NCBI GenBank assembly: GCA_023262965.1
Contig: JALQXX010000005.1
Span: 1-59,857, forward strand
Source: Candidatus Marinamargulisbacteria bacterium
GTDB lineage: Bacteria > Margulisbacteria > Marinamargulisbacteria > UBA817
Reading direction: 5' to 3'
Length of the DNA: 59,857 nt
Position 1 is the first letter of the stretch, and each line of letters begins with the position of its first letter. This document shows, piece by piece, positions 49,146-59,857 of this stretch. The notes under the pieces are model-generated. The model saw only the letters and a list, made by a program, of their open reading frames with translations. It made no database searches and was not told where the DNA came from. A program made the position numbers and the translations under genes.

Positions 49146-51449
49146 TCAGGGACGTACAGATACCACATTGTGCGACTCTCGCAATTGTTTTGCGGAGGTA
49201 ATCATGTGCGTCAAGGCATCTTTGACTTCCGGCCAGCCACGGGTTTTTAATCCACAATCTGGATTGACCCAAATATGCTCTACAGGCAGTAATTTGGTGG
49301 CTTTTTTAAGTAAGTCTGACATGCTTTCAACCGTTGGAACACGGGGAGAGTGAATGTCATACACACCCGGTCCCACATCATTGGGGTAATTAAACTTAAC
49401 AAACGCGTCCAACAAGGCCATATGCGATCGTGAGGTTTCGATCGAAATAACATCGGCATCCATACGTGCGATGGCTTCGATAATATCATTAAATTCAGAA
49501 TAACACATATGGGTATGAATTTGAGTAGAGTCCATAACCCCACCCGTAACCAATCGGAACGTATCCACCGCCCATCGCAAATAGGCATCCCAGTCGGATA
49601 CATGAACCGGCAACCCTTCCCGCAATGCGGCTTCGTCAATTTGAATCATGCCAATTCCCGCTTTTTCCAAATCACAAACCTCATCTCGAATCGCCAAGGC
49701 AATTTGCATTGCGGTATCCTTTCGAGGCTGATCATCCCGAACAAAACTCCATTGTAGAATGGTTACAGGACCCGTCAACATCCCTTTCATGGGCTTTACG
49801 GTCAACGATTGCGCAAATACCGACCAATCCACTGTCATGGGCTTGGGACGCGAAACATCCCCAAAAATAATGGGGGGTTTCACACAACGTGACCCATAAC
49901 TTTGAACCCAACCATAGCTGGTAAATGCAAATCCATTCAACTGCTCCCCAAAGTACTCCACCATATCGTTTCGTTCAAACTCACCATGGACCAAAACATC
50001 CAGCCCAATGTCTTCTTGAAAAGCAACCGCATCTCGAATCTGATCTTTTAAAAATGATTCATATTCGTTAGCCGATAACCCGCCATTTTTAAAATCACGT
50101 CGCGCTTTTCGAACAGCATCCGTTTGGGGGAAAGACCCGATGGTTGTTGTCGGAAACACGGGCAAATTAAACAATTGTTTTTGTTTGATACTACGATCTG
50201 AAAAACCGGATGAACGCACATAATCCAGAGGCTTAATCTGCGACAAACGGGTTTTAACCGCATTATTATGAATAAGCGCGGATGTTTTTCGACCATTCTG
50301 AACCGCACGATTCGCCCCCAATGCATCCGCTGATGGGTCGGCAAACCCCGTTACAATATCGACTAATTCATGGACTTTTTCATCTGCAAATACCAGCCAT
50401 TGTTTAATCGATTCATCAATATCGGTTTCGTTTGCCAATGTTACAGGAACATGCAATAACGAACATGATGTGGCAACCACAATCCGATCGGGGGATATGA
50501 CAGCCTGTGCTCGCTGAATTTTTTGAATGGTATCGTCATACGCATTCACCCAAATGTTTCGTCCATTAACCACCCCCAAAGACAACTGCTTATCGGCTGG
50601 AAAACCGGCTAAAACCGTTTCAAACGATGTCGACAATCGCGTTACATCAACGTGAATACTATAAACCGGCAAGCTATATACTAACGATTGATTATCCCGC
50701 AAATCCCCAAAATACGTGGTTAAATGCAATCGAACAGACGATGCCGCTGCGATGGCATCATACGCACGCTTAAATCCCTCCTTTTGCGTATTATTTAATT
50801 TTGTAACCGCAATTGGCTCATCTATTTGAATGTCGGTCACCCCGATCGCTTCAAATTGCTTGAGTATGTCACCATACACCGCTATTAATTTATCCAGCAA
50901 CGCCCACTTGTTTGATCCATCTGTGGATTTTCCAATGCTGAGGTATGTTAAAGGGCCCACAATAACCGGACGTGTATCAACACCCCATTTTTTGGCCTCC
51001 TTATAGGCATCAAATGGGGTGGTGGTTGTTAAAGAAAACTCCGTAGCCTCATCAAACTCGGGAACAATATAATGGTAATTGGTATCAAACCACTTGGTCA
51101 TTTCAGCCGCATATTGATTATTCGACGAGTCCTTGGTGTTTCCACGTGCTATTGAAAAATACAGATCCAAATCAACCGGACCGGATACATACCCAAATCG
51201 CGGCGGAATATTCCCAATAAAACAGCTAAAGTCCAATATCTGGTCGTAATATGAAAAATCATTGGACGGAATATAGCGAATACCCGCTTTTTTCTGATAA
51301 TCCCAATTGCGTTTTCGTATCGTCGCGCCAACCTGATGCAAATCATCAGCTGAAATGTCACCGCGCCAATACGACTCCAATGCACGCTTTAACTCTCGAT
51401 TGGCTCCCATACGGGGATACCCCAGTATCGCTGTTGATAATGTTGTCAT
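49146..51449 (-). CDS. metE: Cobalamin-independent methionine synthase
   Basis: MTKWFDTNYHY, IHTHMCYSEF and WVNPDCGLKTR motifs. Confidence 0.98.
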   Translation of the reverse strand: MTTLSTAILGYPRMGANRELKRALESYWRGDISADDLHQVGATIRKRNWDYQKKAGIRYIPSNDFSYYDQILDFSCFIGNIPPRFGYVSGPVDLDLYFSIARGNTKDSSNNQYAAEMTKWFDTNYHYIVPEFDEATEFSLTTTTPFDAYKEAKKWGVDTRPVIVGPLTYLSIGKSTDGSNKWALLDKLIAVYGDILKQFEAIGVTDIQIDEPIAVTKLNNTQKEGFKRAYDAIAAASSVRLHLTTYFGDLRDNQSLVYSLPVYSIHVDVTRLSTSFETVLAGFPADKQLSLGVVNGRNIWVNAYDDTIQKIQRAQAVISPDRIVVATSCSLLHVPVTLANETDIDESIKQWLVFADEKVHELVDIVTGFADPSADALGANRAVQNGRKTSALIHNNAVKTRLSQIKPLDYVRSSGFSDRSIKQKQLFNLPVFPTTTIGSFPQTDAVRKARRDFKNGGLSANEYESFLKDQIRDAVAFQEDIGLDVLVHGEFERNDMVEYFGEQLNGFAFTSYGWVQSYGSRCVKPPIIFGDVSRPKPMTVDWSVFAQSLTVKPMKGMLTGPVTILQWSFVRDDQPRKDTAMQIALAIRDEVCDLEKAGIGMIQIDEAALREGLPVHVSDWDAYLRWAVDTFRLVTGGVMDSTQIHTHMCYSEFNDIIEAIARMDADVISIETSRSHMALLDAFVKFNYPNDVGPGVYDIHSPRVPTVESMSDLLKKATKLLPVEHIWVNPDCGLKTRGWPEVKDALTHMITSAKQLRESHNVVSVRP

Positions 51450-51592
51450 AATACTCCTCTTTCAGTCAATTTACTGGTCTCAGTTTACCGTATATTCTAA
51501 CGGCTTACAACCAACATATGGCCCGCCATCTGTTTTCACTCAACTTAGGTATCATATGGATCGATACACTAAAAGCAGCAAACGAATTCCTC

Positions 51593-52075
51593 ATGATTGT
51601 AGCCAAAAACACTGTTGTATACATTGCATTCACAATAACCGACAATAATTCAAATATATTGGATAAAACCCAATGCCCCCTCCCCGTTATTATTGGGCAA
51701 AATCATATGCTTCCTGTTATTGAATCGGCATTAATCGGACACTCAGCGAATGCCTGCATTACCCTAACCATTGACCCCCATGAGGGATTTGGTATGGTTA
51801 ATGCCGCCCGAATTATTACGGTACCATTGAATCAGTTGCCCGATCCAAATAGCCCCATCAACACCGAAGTGATCCTACCGATGGATACCAACACCGGTAC
51901 CCAACCCCTATACGGACGTATTATTGCACGATCCACTAATACCGCTCAAATTGATTTTAACCACCCACTTGCCGGAAAACAATTGCACTACACCATAACC
52001 ATTTGCGATATCCGCAACCAAACCCCTGAAGAAATAGACACCGGATTACTCGCCGATTGGGCCCATTTGGATTAA
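51593..52075 (+). CDS. slyD: FKBP-type peptidyl-prolyl isomerase (SlyD-like)
   Basis: MIVAKNTVV start and DFNHPLAGKQL; no His-rich tail. Confidence 0.85.
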   Translation: MIVAKNTVVYIAFTITDNNSNILDKTQCPLPVIIGQNHMLPVIESALIGHSANACITLTIDPHEGFGMVNAARIITVPLNQLPDPNSPINTEVILPMDTNTGTQPLYGRIIARSTNTAQIDFNHPLAGKQLHYTITICDIRNQTPEEIDTGLLADWAHLD

Positions 52076-52087
52076 ATATTTACGCTA

Positions 52088-54106
52088 CTAAGACGGATTA
52101 TCGGGTTTATTAGCCGTTGTCGACTTAGACGTCGGCGTCGCTGTCTTTTTTTTAACCGTTTTGTTGGAAGACTTTTTTGCTACATCCGCTGGCAATTTAG
52201 TGCGTTTTTTTTTAGCCGGCGTTGATTTTTCTGGCGTATTGTTGGAAACCGTATTCGTAGATACATCATTGGACGCGACCGATTCCACCAAGGCACGAAA
52301 GGCTTTGCCATCAATAACCTCTTCTTCTAATAGCTTTGTTGACACAACAACCAATGCGCGTTTGTGTTTGGTTAATAGTGCCACCACATCATCATACGCC
52401 TGCTGAATGAGTTGATTGATTTCAGTATCAATTACAAGCGCCGTTTGATCCGAATAATCTTGGGACTGATCATTCATTCGACGCCCTAAAAACACCGGGC
52501 CACTCTCCACACCATACCGTCGTGCGCCTAAGGTTGTACTCATACCGTATTTGCACACATAATTTTTAGCCAATTCAGTCACCCGTTCAATATCATTGGA
52601 TGCACCCGAGGTGATTTCATCAAAAATAATGTGCTCGGCAACACGCCCTCCCAATAAGACTTTAATTTGAGCCATTATTTGATCTCGTGAAATTAAAAAC
52701 CGATCTTCTTGAGGCAACTGCAACGTGTAGCCCAACGCCATACCTCGTGGTAAAATACTGACTTTGTGCACCGGATCGGTCCCTTCCGTGTACAAGGCCA
52801 CCAACGCATGACCGGTTTCATGATACGCAACAATTTCTTTTTCTTTGTCAGACATAACCCGAGATTTACGTTGGGGACCCGCCATGATACGCTCTACCGA
52901 TTCCTCAATCTCCGCTAACGACACCGTATCTTTATTGCGTCTGGCCGCCAGCAGGGCCGCTTCGTTAATGGTGTTTGCCAAATCGGCGCCCGTAAACCCT
53001 GGGGTTCGGCGTGCAATCACCGCCAAATCAACCGTCGGATCCATTTGTTTTTCCGCTGCATGAATGGCTAGTATTGATTGACGACCACTTAAATCCGGTT
53101 TATCTACCGTAATTTGACGGTCAAACCGTCCGGGCCGAAGCAATGCCGGATCCAAAATGTCGGGCCGATTGGTCGCCGCCAAAACGATAATGGTCGTATC
53201 GGCACTAAACCCATCCATTTCAACCAATAGCGCATTTAATGTTTGCTCTCGCTCATCATGTCCGCCCCCCAGACCTGCCCCACGATGACGCCCTACGGCA
53301 TCAATTTCATCCACAAAAATAATGGCCGGGGCGTTTTTTTTGGCTTGCGCAAACAAATCCCGAACCCGAGAAGCCCCCACACCAACAAACATTTCCACAA
53401 AATCCGACCCTGATAAACTAAAAAAAGGCACATCGGCTTCGCCGGCTACCGCTTTAGCCAACAAGGTTTTTCCAGTGCCGGGGGGGCCCATTAATAACGC
53501 GCCTTTCGGAATTTTAGCCCCAATTTTCTTAAATTTGTCTGGCGACTTTAAAAAATCCACTATTTCACGCAGCTCTTCAACGGCCTCATCAACACCAGCG
53601 ATATCACGGAATGTAACAACCTTGGCTGCACCCTCTTTTTTCCAGGGCGATACCCGACTCTTACCAAAAGACATGGCCTGACTACTCGCACCTTGCGCGG
53701 AACGAAACATAAAAAACCAAAACCCACCAATTAATAAAAATGGTAAAAAGGCCTGTAAAATTAATGCCCAAAACCATCCTGAATCGGTTGGATTGACGAC
53801 AATATCCACATTATTCTGCTTTAACTCTTGAATCAAATTCGCGTAATGAACGTAATACGCTTTGTAAACAGCATTATCCTGCGTTGTGTACTGAAGCATT
53901 TGATCCGACGTTCTTATTTCAACACGCTTAATATTGCCATTATCCAAATCGTTTAGAAACTGGGAGAAATCGTTTTGTTTAGGCACATCATTATTGGATA
54001 ACGAGGCCGTGATAATAGACAAAATGAAAAAACTGATAAATATGTACCACACCAATATTCGCCAGTCTTTTTTGGAAGAAGTTCGCTTACGTTTCTTTGA
54101 CATCAT
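52088..54106 (-). CDS. ftsH: ATP-dependent zinc metalloprotease FtsH
   Basis: Two TM helices, [16 protein letters not shown] and HETGH; Lys-rich C-terminal tail. Confidence 0.98.
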   Translation of the reverse strand: MMSKKRKRTSSKKDWRILVWYIFISFFILSIITASLSNNDVPKQNDFSQFLNDLDNGNIKRVEIRTSDQMLQYTTQDNAVYKAYYVHYANLIQELKQNNVDIVVNPTDSGWFWALILQAFLPFLLIGGFWFFMFRSAQGASSQAMSFGKSRVSPWKKEGAAKVVTFRDIAGVDEAVEELREIVDFLKSPDKFKKIGAKIPKGALLMGPPGTGKTLLAKAVAGEADVPFFSLSGSDFVEMFVGVGASRVRDLFAQAKKNAPAIIFVDEIDAVGRHRGAGLGGGHDEREQTLNALLVEMDGFSADTTIIVLAATNRPDILDPALLRPGRFDRQITVDKPDLSGRQSILAIHAAEKQMDPTVDLAVIARRTPGFTGADLANTINEAALLAARRNKDTVSLAEIEESVERIMAGPQRKSRVMSDKEKEIVAYHETGHALVALYTEGTDPVHKVSILPRGMALGYTLQLPQEDRFLISRDQIMAQIKVLLGGRVAEHIIFDEITSGASNDIERVTELAKNYVCKYGMSTTLGARRYGVESGPVFLGRRMNDQSQDYSDQTALVIDTEINQLIQQAYDDVVALLTKHKRALVVVSTKLLEEEVIDGKAFRALVESVASNDVSTNTVSNNTPEKSTPAKKKRTKLPADVAKKSSNKTVKKKTATPTSKSTTANKPDNPS

Positions 54107-54192
54107 AACCTATAGTATAGAAATCACAAAAAAAATACAAACACGAATTTGAAAAATTGTCTAAACTCAGGTCAGGAAAAGCAAATGACGTA

Positions 54193-54221
54193 TTGCCATA
54201 AATCCCTAAACCAATTACCAT
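54193..54221 (+). promoter_or_regulatory. Sigma70-type promoter of tRNA-Cys
   Basis: TTGCCA-N17-TACCAT, 22 nt upstream of the tRNA. Confidence 0.6.
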
Positions 54222-54243
54222 AAATCTTGAGTGGGTATTGTTT

Positions 54244-54317
<74 letters not shown>

Positions 54318-54408
54318 AACATCGATCATTTTGGCTTTGTAGGCAAATAATTAATTTAAAAAAGGCTTTGGATTCTCATTTTCTTTGATACTATAGTATT
54401 TAGAGTCT

Positions 54409-55407
54409 ATGTTTTTTATTATTAGCATTTGCATGGCGTTTTTCTGGATCAATATTGTATTTATTTTTGCAAAAGTACCATACTTTTCTTATCCAATTAC
54501 AACATTTATATTTTTCACGCTTTTTGTATATCGTTTTATTATTACTATCGAAAAAGAAGAGGCTCGTTTGACAGATGAAATCAATCACAATTTTGTTCAG
54601 AACTTACCCAAAGAGCGATTATTAAAAGAATTAAAGATGGCTAAACATGTTCAGCAGGCCTTATTATCTATTGACAGTCCCGACATTCCATCAGTAAACA
54701 TTACCAAAAAATGCATGCCTGCCGATACCATTGGCGGCGATTTTTATGGATTTATTTGCAAGAATTTTGATGACATGATGGCGATTAAAAAATCCCCCGG
54801 GATTCTTCGATATGTGCAAAAAGAAAACCAATATTTAGGCATTGTGATCGGCGATGTTGCCGGACATGGTGTATCGTCGGCCTTAATCATGGCATTGAGT
54901 TCCGGACTGTTTTCTGAAATTGGAAAACGCTATCCGTCGCCAAAAAAAGTACTGGAATCCGCTAATAAACATTTGATTCGCTACATCGAAAACTCACAAG
55001 TGACACACGTAACCGCTTTTTATGGCGTGTTAAATCTCAGTGACTCTGTATTTACCTATTGTCAAGCGGGTCACCCCTGCGCACTACTGCAAACGGCTAA
55101 AAACGACATCCATGAGTTAACGGCTGACGGATCATTTTTGGGCATGTTTAATGATATTGTATTTTCGGAAGCATCCGTACAATTATCCAAGGGGGATCGT
55201 TTATTTTTTTACACGGATGGTTTTATCGAAGCCAAAGGGCCAAATGGCGATTTATTTGGCCAAAATCGATTAATGAACCATATTCAAAACTTACAACATG
55301 AGCCTATTGGAACCGTTATCCATCAATTATTTGACGATATCAATATGTATACCCATTATCAAAAAGCCAATGATGATCGCTCAATGGTGATTCTTGAAAT
55401 GACATAA
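54409..55407 (+). CDS. Membrane-anchored PP2C/SpoIIE (RsbU-like) phosphatase
   Basis: IGGDFY, GDVAGHG, AGHP, YTDG and DDRS motifs; two N-terminal TM helices. Confidence 0.92.
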   Translation: MFFIISICMAFFWINIVFIFAKVPYFSYPITTFIFFTLFVYRFIITIEKEEARLTDEINHNFVQNLPKERLLKELKMAKHVQQALLSIDSPDIPSVNITKKCMPADTIGGDFYGFICKNFDDMMAIKKSPGILRYVQKENQYLGIVIGDVAGHGVSSALIMALSSGLFSEIGKRYPSPKKVLESANKHLIRYIENSQVTHVTAFYGVLNLSDSVFTYCQAGHPCALLQTAKNDIHELTADGSFLGMFNDIVFSEASVQLSKGDRLFFYTDGFIEAKGPNGDLFGQNRLMNHIQNLQHEPIGTVIHQLFDDINMYTHYQKANDDRSMVILEMT

Positions 55408-56087
55408 TGCTTGTACGACACATCAAAATCAAGCAGCTCACGGTTGCAACAAAAAAGTCCAATAGTAATAGCGATCGATTAATCATGGAGTATCCGCTTA
55501 CAATTTGTTTTGATGACAAGCGTTTTTTAGCCGCTATTTGTCCGCAGTTTGTGGATTTTTTTGTTCATGGCCTTATCTATAACCACACAAGGTCGATTAC
55601 TGGCCTGCATTTGCAAAACACAGACCCCAATACCATTACCGTCACACGTAATCCGGACCGTGCCCATACCCTATCCATTGATGCCTCTGTGCCATCTGGA
55701 ATTCAACCCGACACGTTAATTCACTGGATGCATTTATTTAAAGATGGCCAATCGTTGTATCGGCAAACGGGCGCAACCGAATCGGTCGGCATTCTTTTAT
55801 CGGATCAATCGGTGCTGACGATCGAGTGCTTGTCCATGGAATCGGCCACACTAAAATTGGTGGGCGCCTTACTAAAAAAAGATTGCCACGCTTACCCGGT
55901 TGTATTTATGTCTCATGCGTTAAAAAACCGCAGTCAGGCCCTGATTGATTTATTGAATCCGGCGATTATTATGTGTCAGTCGGCTATTTCAGCCCATTTT
56001 TTGGATGATTGTATAACCCATCAACGAACCCTTTTTGGATTTTGCCGTAAATCCACCTATAATCGATACACCAATTTTCATTTGTAA
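55407..56087 (+). CDS. Degenerate FdhD-like protein
   Basis: EYPLTI, Q.LYRQTG and TLFGFCR recall FdhD; the CGxCG and EDxGRHNA motifs are absent. Confidence 0.55.
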   Translation: MLVRHIKIKQLTVATKKSNSNSDRLIMEYPLTICFDDKRFLAAICPQFVDFFVHGLIYNHTRSITGLHLQNTDPNTITVTRNPDRAHTLSIDASVPSGIQPDTLIHWMHLFKDGQSLYRQTGATESVGILLSDQSVLTIECLSMESATLKLVGALLKKDCHAYPVVFMSHALKNRSQALIDLLNPAIIMCQSAISAHFLDDCITHQRTLFGFCRKSTYNRYTNFHL

Positions 56088-56193
56088 TGAGGATCCTGCA
56101 ATCGAGCATTTTTTTGCCATTAATGCTATACAACAAAACAATTCTTATGCTATGATCGATACCATAGTATAAATCAAGATTGGAGGTATTAAT

Positions 56194-56340
56194 ATGTCAC
56201 AAGCATACTGTGTTAAATGTAAAGAAAAACGCGAAATGAAGGATGAACAAGAAACAACCATGAAAAATGGTCGTCGCGCCCTTAAAGGAACATGTTCTGT
56301 TTGCAAAACAGGGATGTTCAAAATTTTAGGCAAAGCGTAA
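56194..56340 (+). CDS. 48-aa CxxC...CxxC small protein (DUF5679-like zinc ribbon), absent from the ORF track
   Basis: MSQAYCVKCKEKREMKDEQETTMKNGRRALKGTCSVCKTGMFKILGKA*; GGAGGT RBS at 56182-56187; hairpin downstream. Confidence 0.9.
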   Translation: MSQAYCVKCKEKREMKDEQETTMKNGRRALKGTCSVCKTGMFKILGKA

Positions 56341-56358
56341 GCTTTATATAATATTAGT

Positions 56359-56404
56359 GGCGGCTTTGTTTACCTAGTAGCAAATAAAGCCGTCTGCTTT
56401 TTTT
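56359..56404 (+). terminator. Intrinsic terminator-like hairpin
   Basis: GGCGGCTTTGTTT...AAATAAAGCCGTC followed by a T-run. Confidence 0.6.
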
Positions 56405-56751
56405 GATGAGTGTTGAGTAACACACCAACAAAGGGGGCCCTAGATAATTAGAGCCGACTACAAAAAGGGGGTACATATGTTAATCGTAAGGAATTCCATC
56501 CTGCTGTCTTTTGTATTTTGATCGTTGCAAACTGTAGGAAAGTACGGGGGGGCAAATGACTGTTGCACATACAAAAACGCGGTTCAAAGTGGGTCGTATT
56601 GGCGCCAGAGTGCTAATATGCTGAGAGTGACCTATAAAACGGTTCGAAAGCATCTTGTTTTTGTGGGGAAATAGGCCAAAATCACCCTGAAAAATCAAGA
56701 GCGATGCCGACGTTTATAGCGATGCAGTCTAACAAATTGGAGACTTTAGAA

Positions 56752-56827
<76 letters not shown>

Positions 56828-56894
56828 ATAATCTAATTGTATCGCAATTCCACCAAATGTAAAGACAAAATGCCGATAATATTCGGCCTATAGG

Positions 56895-57548
56895 CTATAG
56901 ACCAATCGCCATACTCAGGGACATGGTCATTCCCGACAATGCGAGATCGGTGGCGACCACTTTATTGAAGGGGGTTGTCACCGATACATCCCCAACAAAC
57001 CGATACGCAACATCCAGATTCAATGACCATTCGGGGTTAAGGTGATACGAAAATACAGCCCCAACCATTGCAACAGGGGCTTTCAAATACCGCTTACGAT
57101 AGGCCGTAACCCCCTTACTTTCCGATAGCATCTGAATGGTATAATATCCCCGCAAATACCCCCCGGATACAAACAGCGACAATCGCGAAAAATCATCGGT
57201 AACAATGGGCACATAGTACCGTATTCCATACACATCCCAGGCCACTGTTGTCTCCGAAAATTCGTCCGATTTTTCCGCTAGAAATTGCCCATTGGTATAA
57301 TCGTACCACAGTACGAACCCCTCATAGGGTTCATTCAAACCAATCCCCAAACCCCTACTCATTAAAATGAAATCCGCACTGCCATTCTCACTACTAAATG
57401 ACATATCTGGATAATGCCCTGCTGAAATCGACGGAATAATCACCACACGCCGCAAAAAAGAATTCGGAATGGGGTCCCAATTAATGGCATGCGTCGAAAT
57501 CGAATACACACCAATCAAACACACGAAGACACGTATATACTGCCACAT
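56895..57548 (-). CDS. Outer-membrane beta-barrel protein
   Basis: Signal peptide ending THA and alternating strands (WSLNLDVAYRF). Confidence 0.65.
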   Translation of the reverse strand: MWQYIRVFVCLIGVYSISTHAINWDPIPNSFLRRVVIIPSISAGHYPDMSFSSENGSADFILMSRGLGIGLNEPYEGFVLWYDYTNGQFLAEKSDEFSETTVAWDVYGIRYYVPIVTDDFSRLSLFVSGGYLRGYYTIQMLSESKGVTAYRKRYLKAPVAMVGAVFSYHLNPEWSLNLDVAYRFVGDVSVTTPFNKVVATDLALSGMTMSLSMAIGL

Positions 57549-57600
57549 AGGTGAAACTATAGCATTGATGAAATGTTTTTTCTAATGTAAACTCATATTT

Positions 57601-58095
57601 ATGAGTTATGCCATTTTAAAGTCATGTCACGTTATTGCTATATTGGCTTGGTCTGCCGGTCTTTTTTATATTGGACGGCTTTTTGTCTATTATGTTGAAT
57701 CGCCTCACTCGGAAACACGGCAGGTATTAACCACCATGGCGCGTCGATTAAATAACGGAATCATTTGGCCCGCATCCATTATCGGTACCCTTATTGGGTT
57801 GCATTTGATTGGTGTGGTAAATGCCCTATCCCAGCCGTGGTTTCATACCAAAGCCTTATTTTTAATCGCTCTTTTTGGCTACCAACATGCATTGTCTCGT
57901 ATCATCAAACGCATGAGTGCCAATGCATTTACACGATCCGCCACATGGTGTCGTGTTTTCAATGAAGTTCCCATTGTACTATTAACGGGCATTGTTTTTT
58001 CTGCGGTTACAAAAGATGCCTTCATCGGATGGGGTGCCTCCGGCATTGTTGTGTTGATGATAGGGCTTTTTTTTGGCGTACGTTATCGCCGATAA
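57601..58095 (+). CDS. hemJ: Protoporphyrinogen IX oxidase HemJ
   Basis: KSCHVIAILAWSAGLFYIGRLFVY, WFHTK and RVFNEVP motifs. Confidence 0.85.
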   Translation: MSYAILKSCHVIAILAWSAGLFYIGRLFVYYVESPHSETRQVLTTMARRLNNGIIWPASIIGTLIGLHLIGVVNALSQPWFHTKALFLIALFGYQHALSRIIKRMSANAFTRSATWCRVFNEVPIVLLTGIVFSAVTKDAFIGWGASGIVVLMIGLFFGVRYRR

Positions 58096-58101
58096 TCCAT
58101 T

Positions 58102-59259
58102 ATGGTCAAACCCGCCATTGTTGCACCCGGTGGCAGTCTAGAAAAAGCCCTTATTGCCCTTCACTTTGGTGCAGACGCTGTGTATGTGGGGGCCCGTCAA
58201 TTTAGCCTGCGAAAATCCGCTACCAATTTAAGTAACAATGAACTGCGTCATTTGTGCGAACACGCTCATGGAATGAATAAACGGGTGTATTTGGCCCTGA
58301 ATAGCTTCCCCCATCACACCGATACCCCCGCTATTATTGCTTTTTTAAATCAGATTCGAGATATCCCCTTGGATGCCTGCATTTGCGCCGATATTGGCAT
58401 GGTTGCATTGATCCAAGCGCATACCCCGTTTGCCATCCATGCATCCACACAGGCCAGTATTAGCAATGCCTATAGTGCCGCGTATTGGAAATCCATTGGT
58501 GCGTCTCGGATTGTGATGGCACGTGAACTGAGTATTGCCGAGGCTGGGGAGATAAAAAAACAGGTCGGGATTTCGGTTGAACAGTTTATACATGGCGCTA
58601 TGTGCAGCAGTTTTTCGGGAAAATGCACCATTTCAAATGTCACTGCCGGTCGGGATTCAAACCGTGGGGGCTGTGTCCAATCCTGTCGTCACCAATACAC
58701 CTTGGCAAACAATGGTGAAGCGTATCATATTATGAATTCCAAAGACTTAATGGGGTTACATCACATACCCGATTATTTTCACCATCATATTGATGCGGTT
58801 AAAATTGAAGGGCGTATGAAATCGGCCCTATATGTTGCCAATGCCTGCCATCAATACCGCATGGCTATTGATGCCTATGCCCAGAATCCCGATGCATTTA
58901 ATCCAACGATCTACAGCGATCCATTGACTCAGGTATCCAACCGCGGCTTTACCTCCGCCAGTTTGGATTCCCCCGCCGGAGCCGATTCAATAGATACCGA
59001 TTGGAACGGCTACACCCAATCATGGGATTTTATGGGCATTGTCACGCAGTGTTACGGCGATCGATCGGTACTAACCACCAAACAACCCCTGTCTGCCACC
59101 GATTCATTATGGGCCTTATCACCAAACACCCCGGCCATGACGCCCATTACCCCATCCATTGAATCCATGACTGGCGATCGATTGGATCACGTTGCACCCA
59201 ACCGCGCTGTTTGGCTGAATGATGCCATACCCGCGTTTTCCATTATTATTCGAAAATGA
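58102..59259 (+). CDS. U32-family protein (TrhP/YrrO-like tRNA hydroxylation)
   Basis: GADAVYVG, HASTQ, HGAMCSSFSGKC, NRGGCVQSCR and KIEGR motifs. Confidence 0.9.
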   Translation: MVKPAIVAPGGSLEKALIALHFGADAVYVGARQFSLRKSATNLSNNELRHLCEHAHGMNKRVYLALNSFPHHTDTPAIIAFLNQIRDIPLDACICADIGMVALIQAHTPFAIHASTQASISNAYSAAYWKSIGASRIVMARELSIAEAGEIKKQVGISVEQFIHGAMCSSFSGKCTISNVTAGRDSNRGGCVQSCRHQYTLANNGEAYHIMNSKDLMGLHHIPDYFHHHIDAVKIEGRMKSALYVANACHQYRMAIDAYAQNPDAFNPTIYSDPLTQVSNRGFTSASLDSPAGADSIDTDWNGYTQSWDFMGIVTQCYGDRSVLTTKQPLSATDSLWALSPNTPAMTPITPSIESMTGDRLDHVAPNRAVWLNDAIPAFSIIIRK

Positions 59260-59857
59260 TTATAACAATTATTGAGCACCCCGATCAATTACCCATAATT
59301 ACCCGCCACAGCGTACGCCATGTTATTATCGACATGCCCGGATGGTCGGTGCGACCGCATCGCCTGTACAATTGGACCCCCAATGACCTGCAACAGCTTT
59401 TCCAAAAAACCGACACCATATGGGTGAATTTGGATGGTCTATACACCCCCCCCGAATTAACGCTATTGGCACATAACCTCCATCACTATGAGGGCATGGA
59501 CCACATTACCGGATTTCGTATACACGATATTGGCTTAGCCACATGGTTGCATCACCAATTTCCCAACCATCGCATTCATCTAACGCCCGAAACCAGTATG
59601 CATCATTACGCCGCCATTGAAGCCGCTTTTAGGGCCGGTATCCATGGGATAACCCTATCCCCCGACATATCGTATTCGGCTATTCGGGACATGTGTCAAC
59701 GAGCCCCAAAATCGTGGTCCTTGGAATTATTTGTACAAGGCCCGATACTTATTCAATACGCCCACCGTCGGTTTCTGCACAACCTATTACCGCAGTCCCC
59801 CGATACCATTATAAAAACATCGGTAACCGATGCGGAACTCCCGGGCCGGTTATTTAC
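59256..59857 (+). CDS. Second U32-family protein (YrrN-like), truncated by the window end
   Basis: Frame is open from ATG 59256 (ATGA overlap) to the end: HDIGL, LSPDIS, LELFVQGPILIQYAHRR. Confidence 0.7.
   Translation, partial: MIITIIEHPDQLPIITRHSVRHVIIDMPGWSVRPHRLYNWTPNDLQQLFQKTDTIWVNLDGLYTPPELTLLAHNLHHYEGMDHITGFRIHDIGLATWLHHQFPNHRIHLTPETSMHHYAAIEAAFRAGIHGITLSPDISYSAIRDMCQRAPKSWSLELFVQGPILIQYAHRRFLHNLLPQSPDTIIKTSVTDAELPGRLF

Noticed and set aside
51450-51592. SAM or cobalamin riboswitch upstream of metE
   Set aside because: Short leader (TAGAAT shortly before the RBS) and no recognisable aptamer.
54150-54198. CAGGTCAGG...GCAAATGACG resembling 4.5S/SRP RNA
   Set aside because: Lacks the essential GNRA-capped helix 8 core and long-range pairing; overlaps promoter DNA.
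56145-56333. 62-aa minus-strand ORF
   Set aside because: Antisense to the better-supported 48-aa CxxC gene.

Overview
Compact, mostly housekeeping bacterial chromosome segment from a diderm (LptC/LptA-like and beta-barrel genes). Several Firmicute-like traits (topB, a YrrO/YrrN-like U32 pair, a GT4 glycolipid synthase pair) fit an uncultured Terrabacteria-side lineage such as Margulisbacteria; this is inference only. The left end is accessory: two dead Fic genes, an endolysin remnant, an AT-rich TetR-FabH-SDR-MBL-adenylate ligase-ATP-grasp-GNAT island and a HEPN/MNT toxin-antitoxin pair. Next come a four-gene minor-pilin operon and a LicD-linked 2-aminoethylphosphonate biosynthesis cluster. 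Directly downstream is an unusual type IV filament locus: three paralogous ~240-aa pilin-like genes lacking Glu5, pilC, and convergent pilO/pilMN-like genes. The rest is core genes (nadE, pyrR, hisB, ruvB, rpmB, rpsD, ispD, rpoN, tsaD, proC, topB, metE, ftsH, hemJ) and three tRNAs. The most novel signal is two paralogous structured non-coding units between topB and metE. They share a bipartite promoter-like motif, covarying stems and 16-nt C-rich loops complementary to the G-run ribosome-binding sites of the pilin and pilC genes, suggesting an undescribed sRNA-controlled pilus system. All calls were made by eye from motifs; no searches were run.
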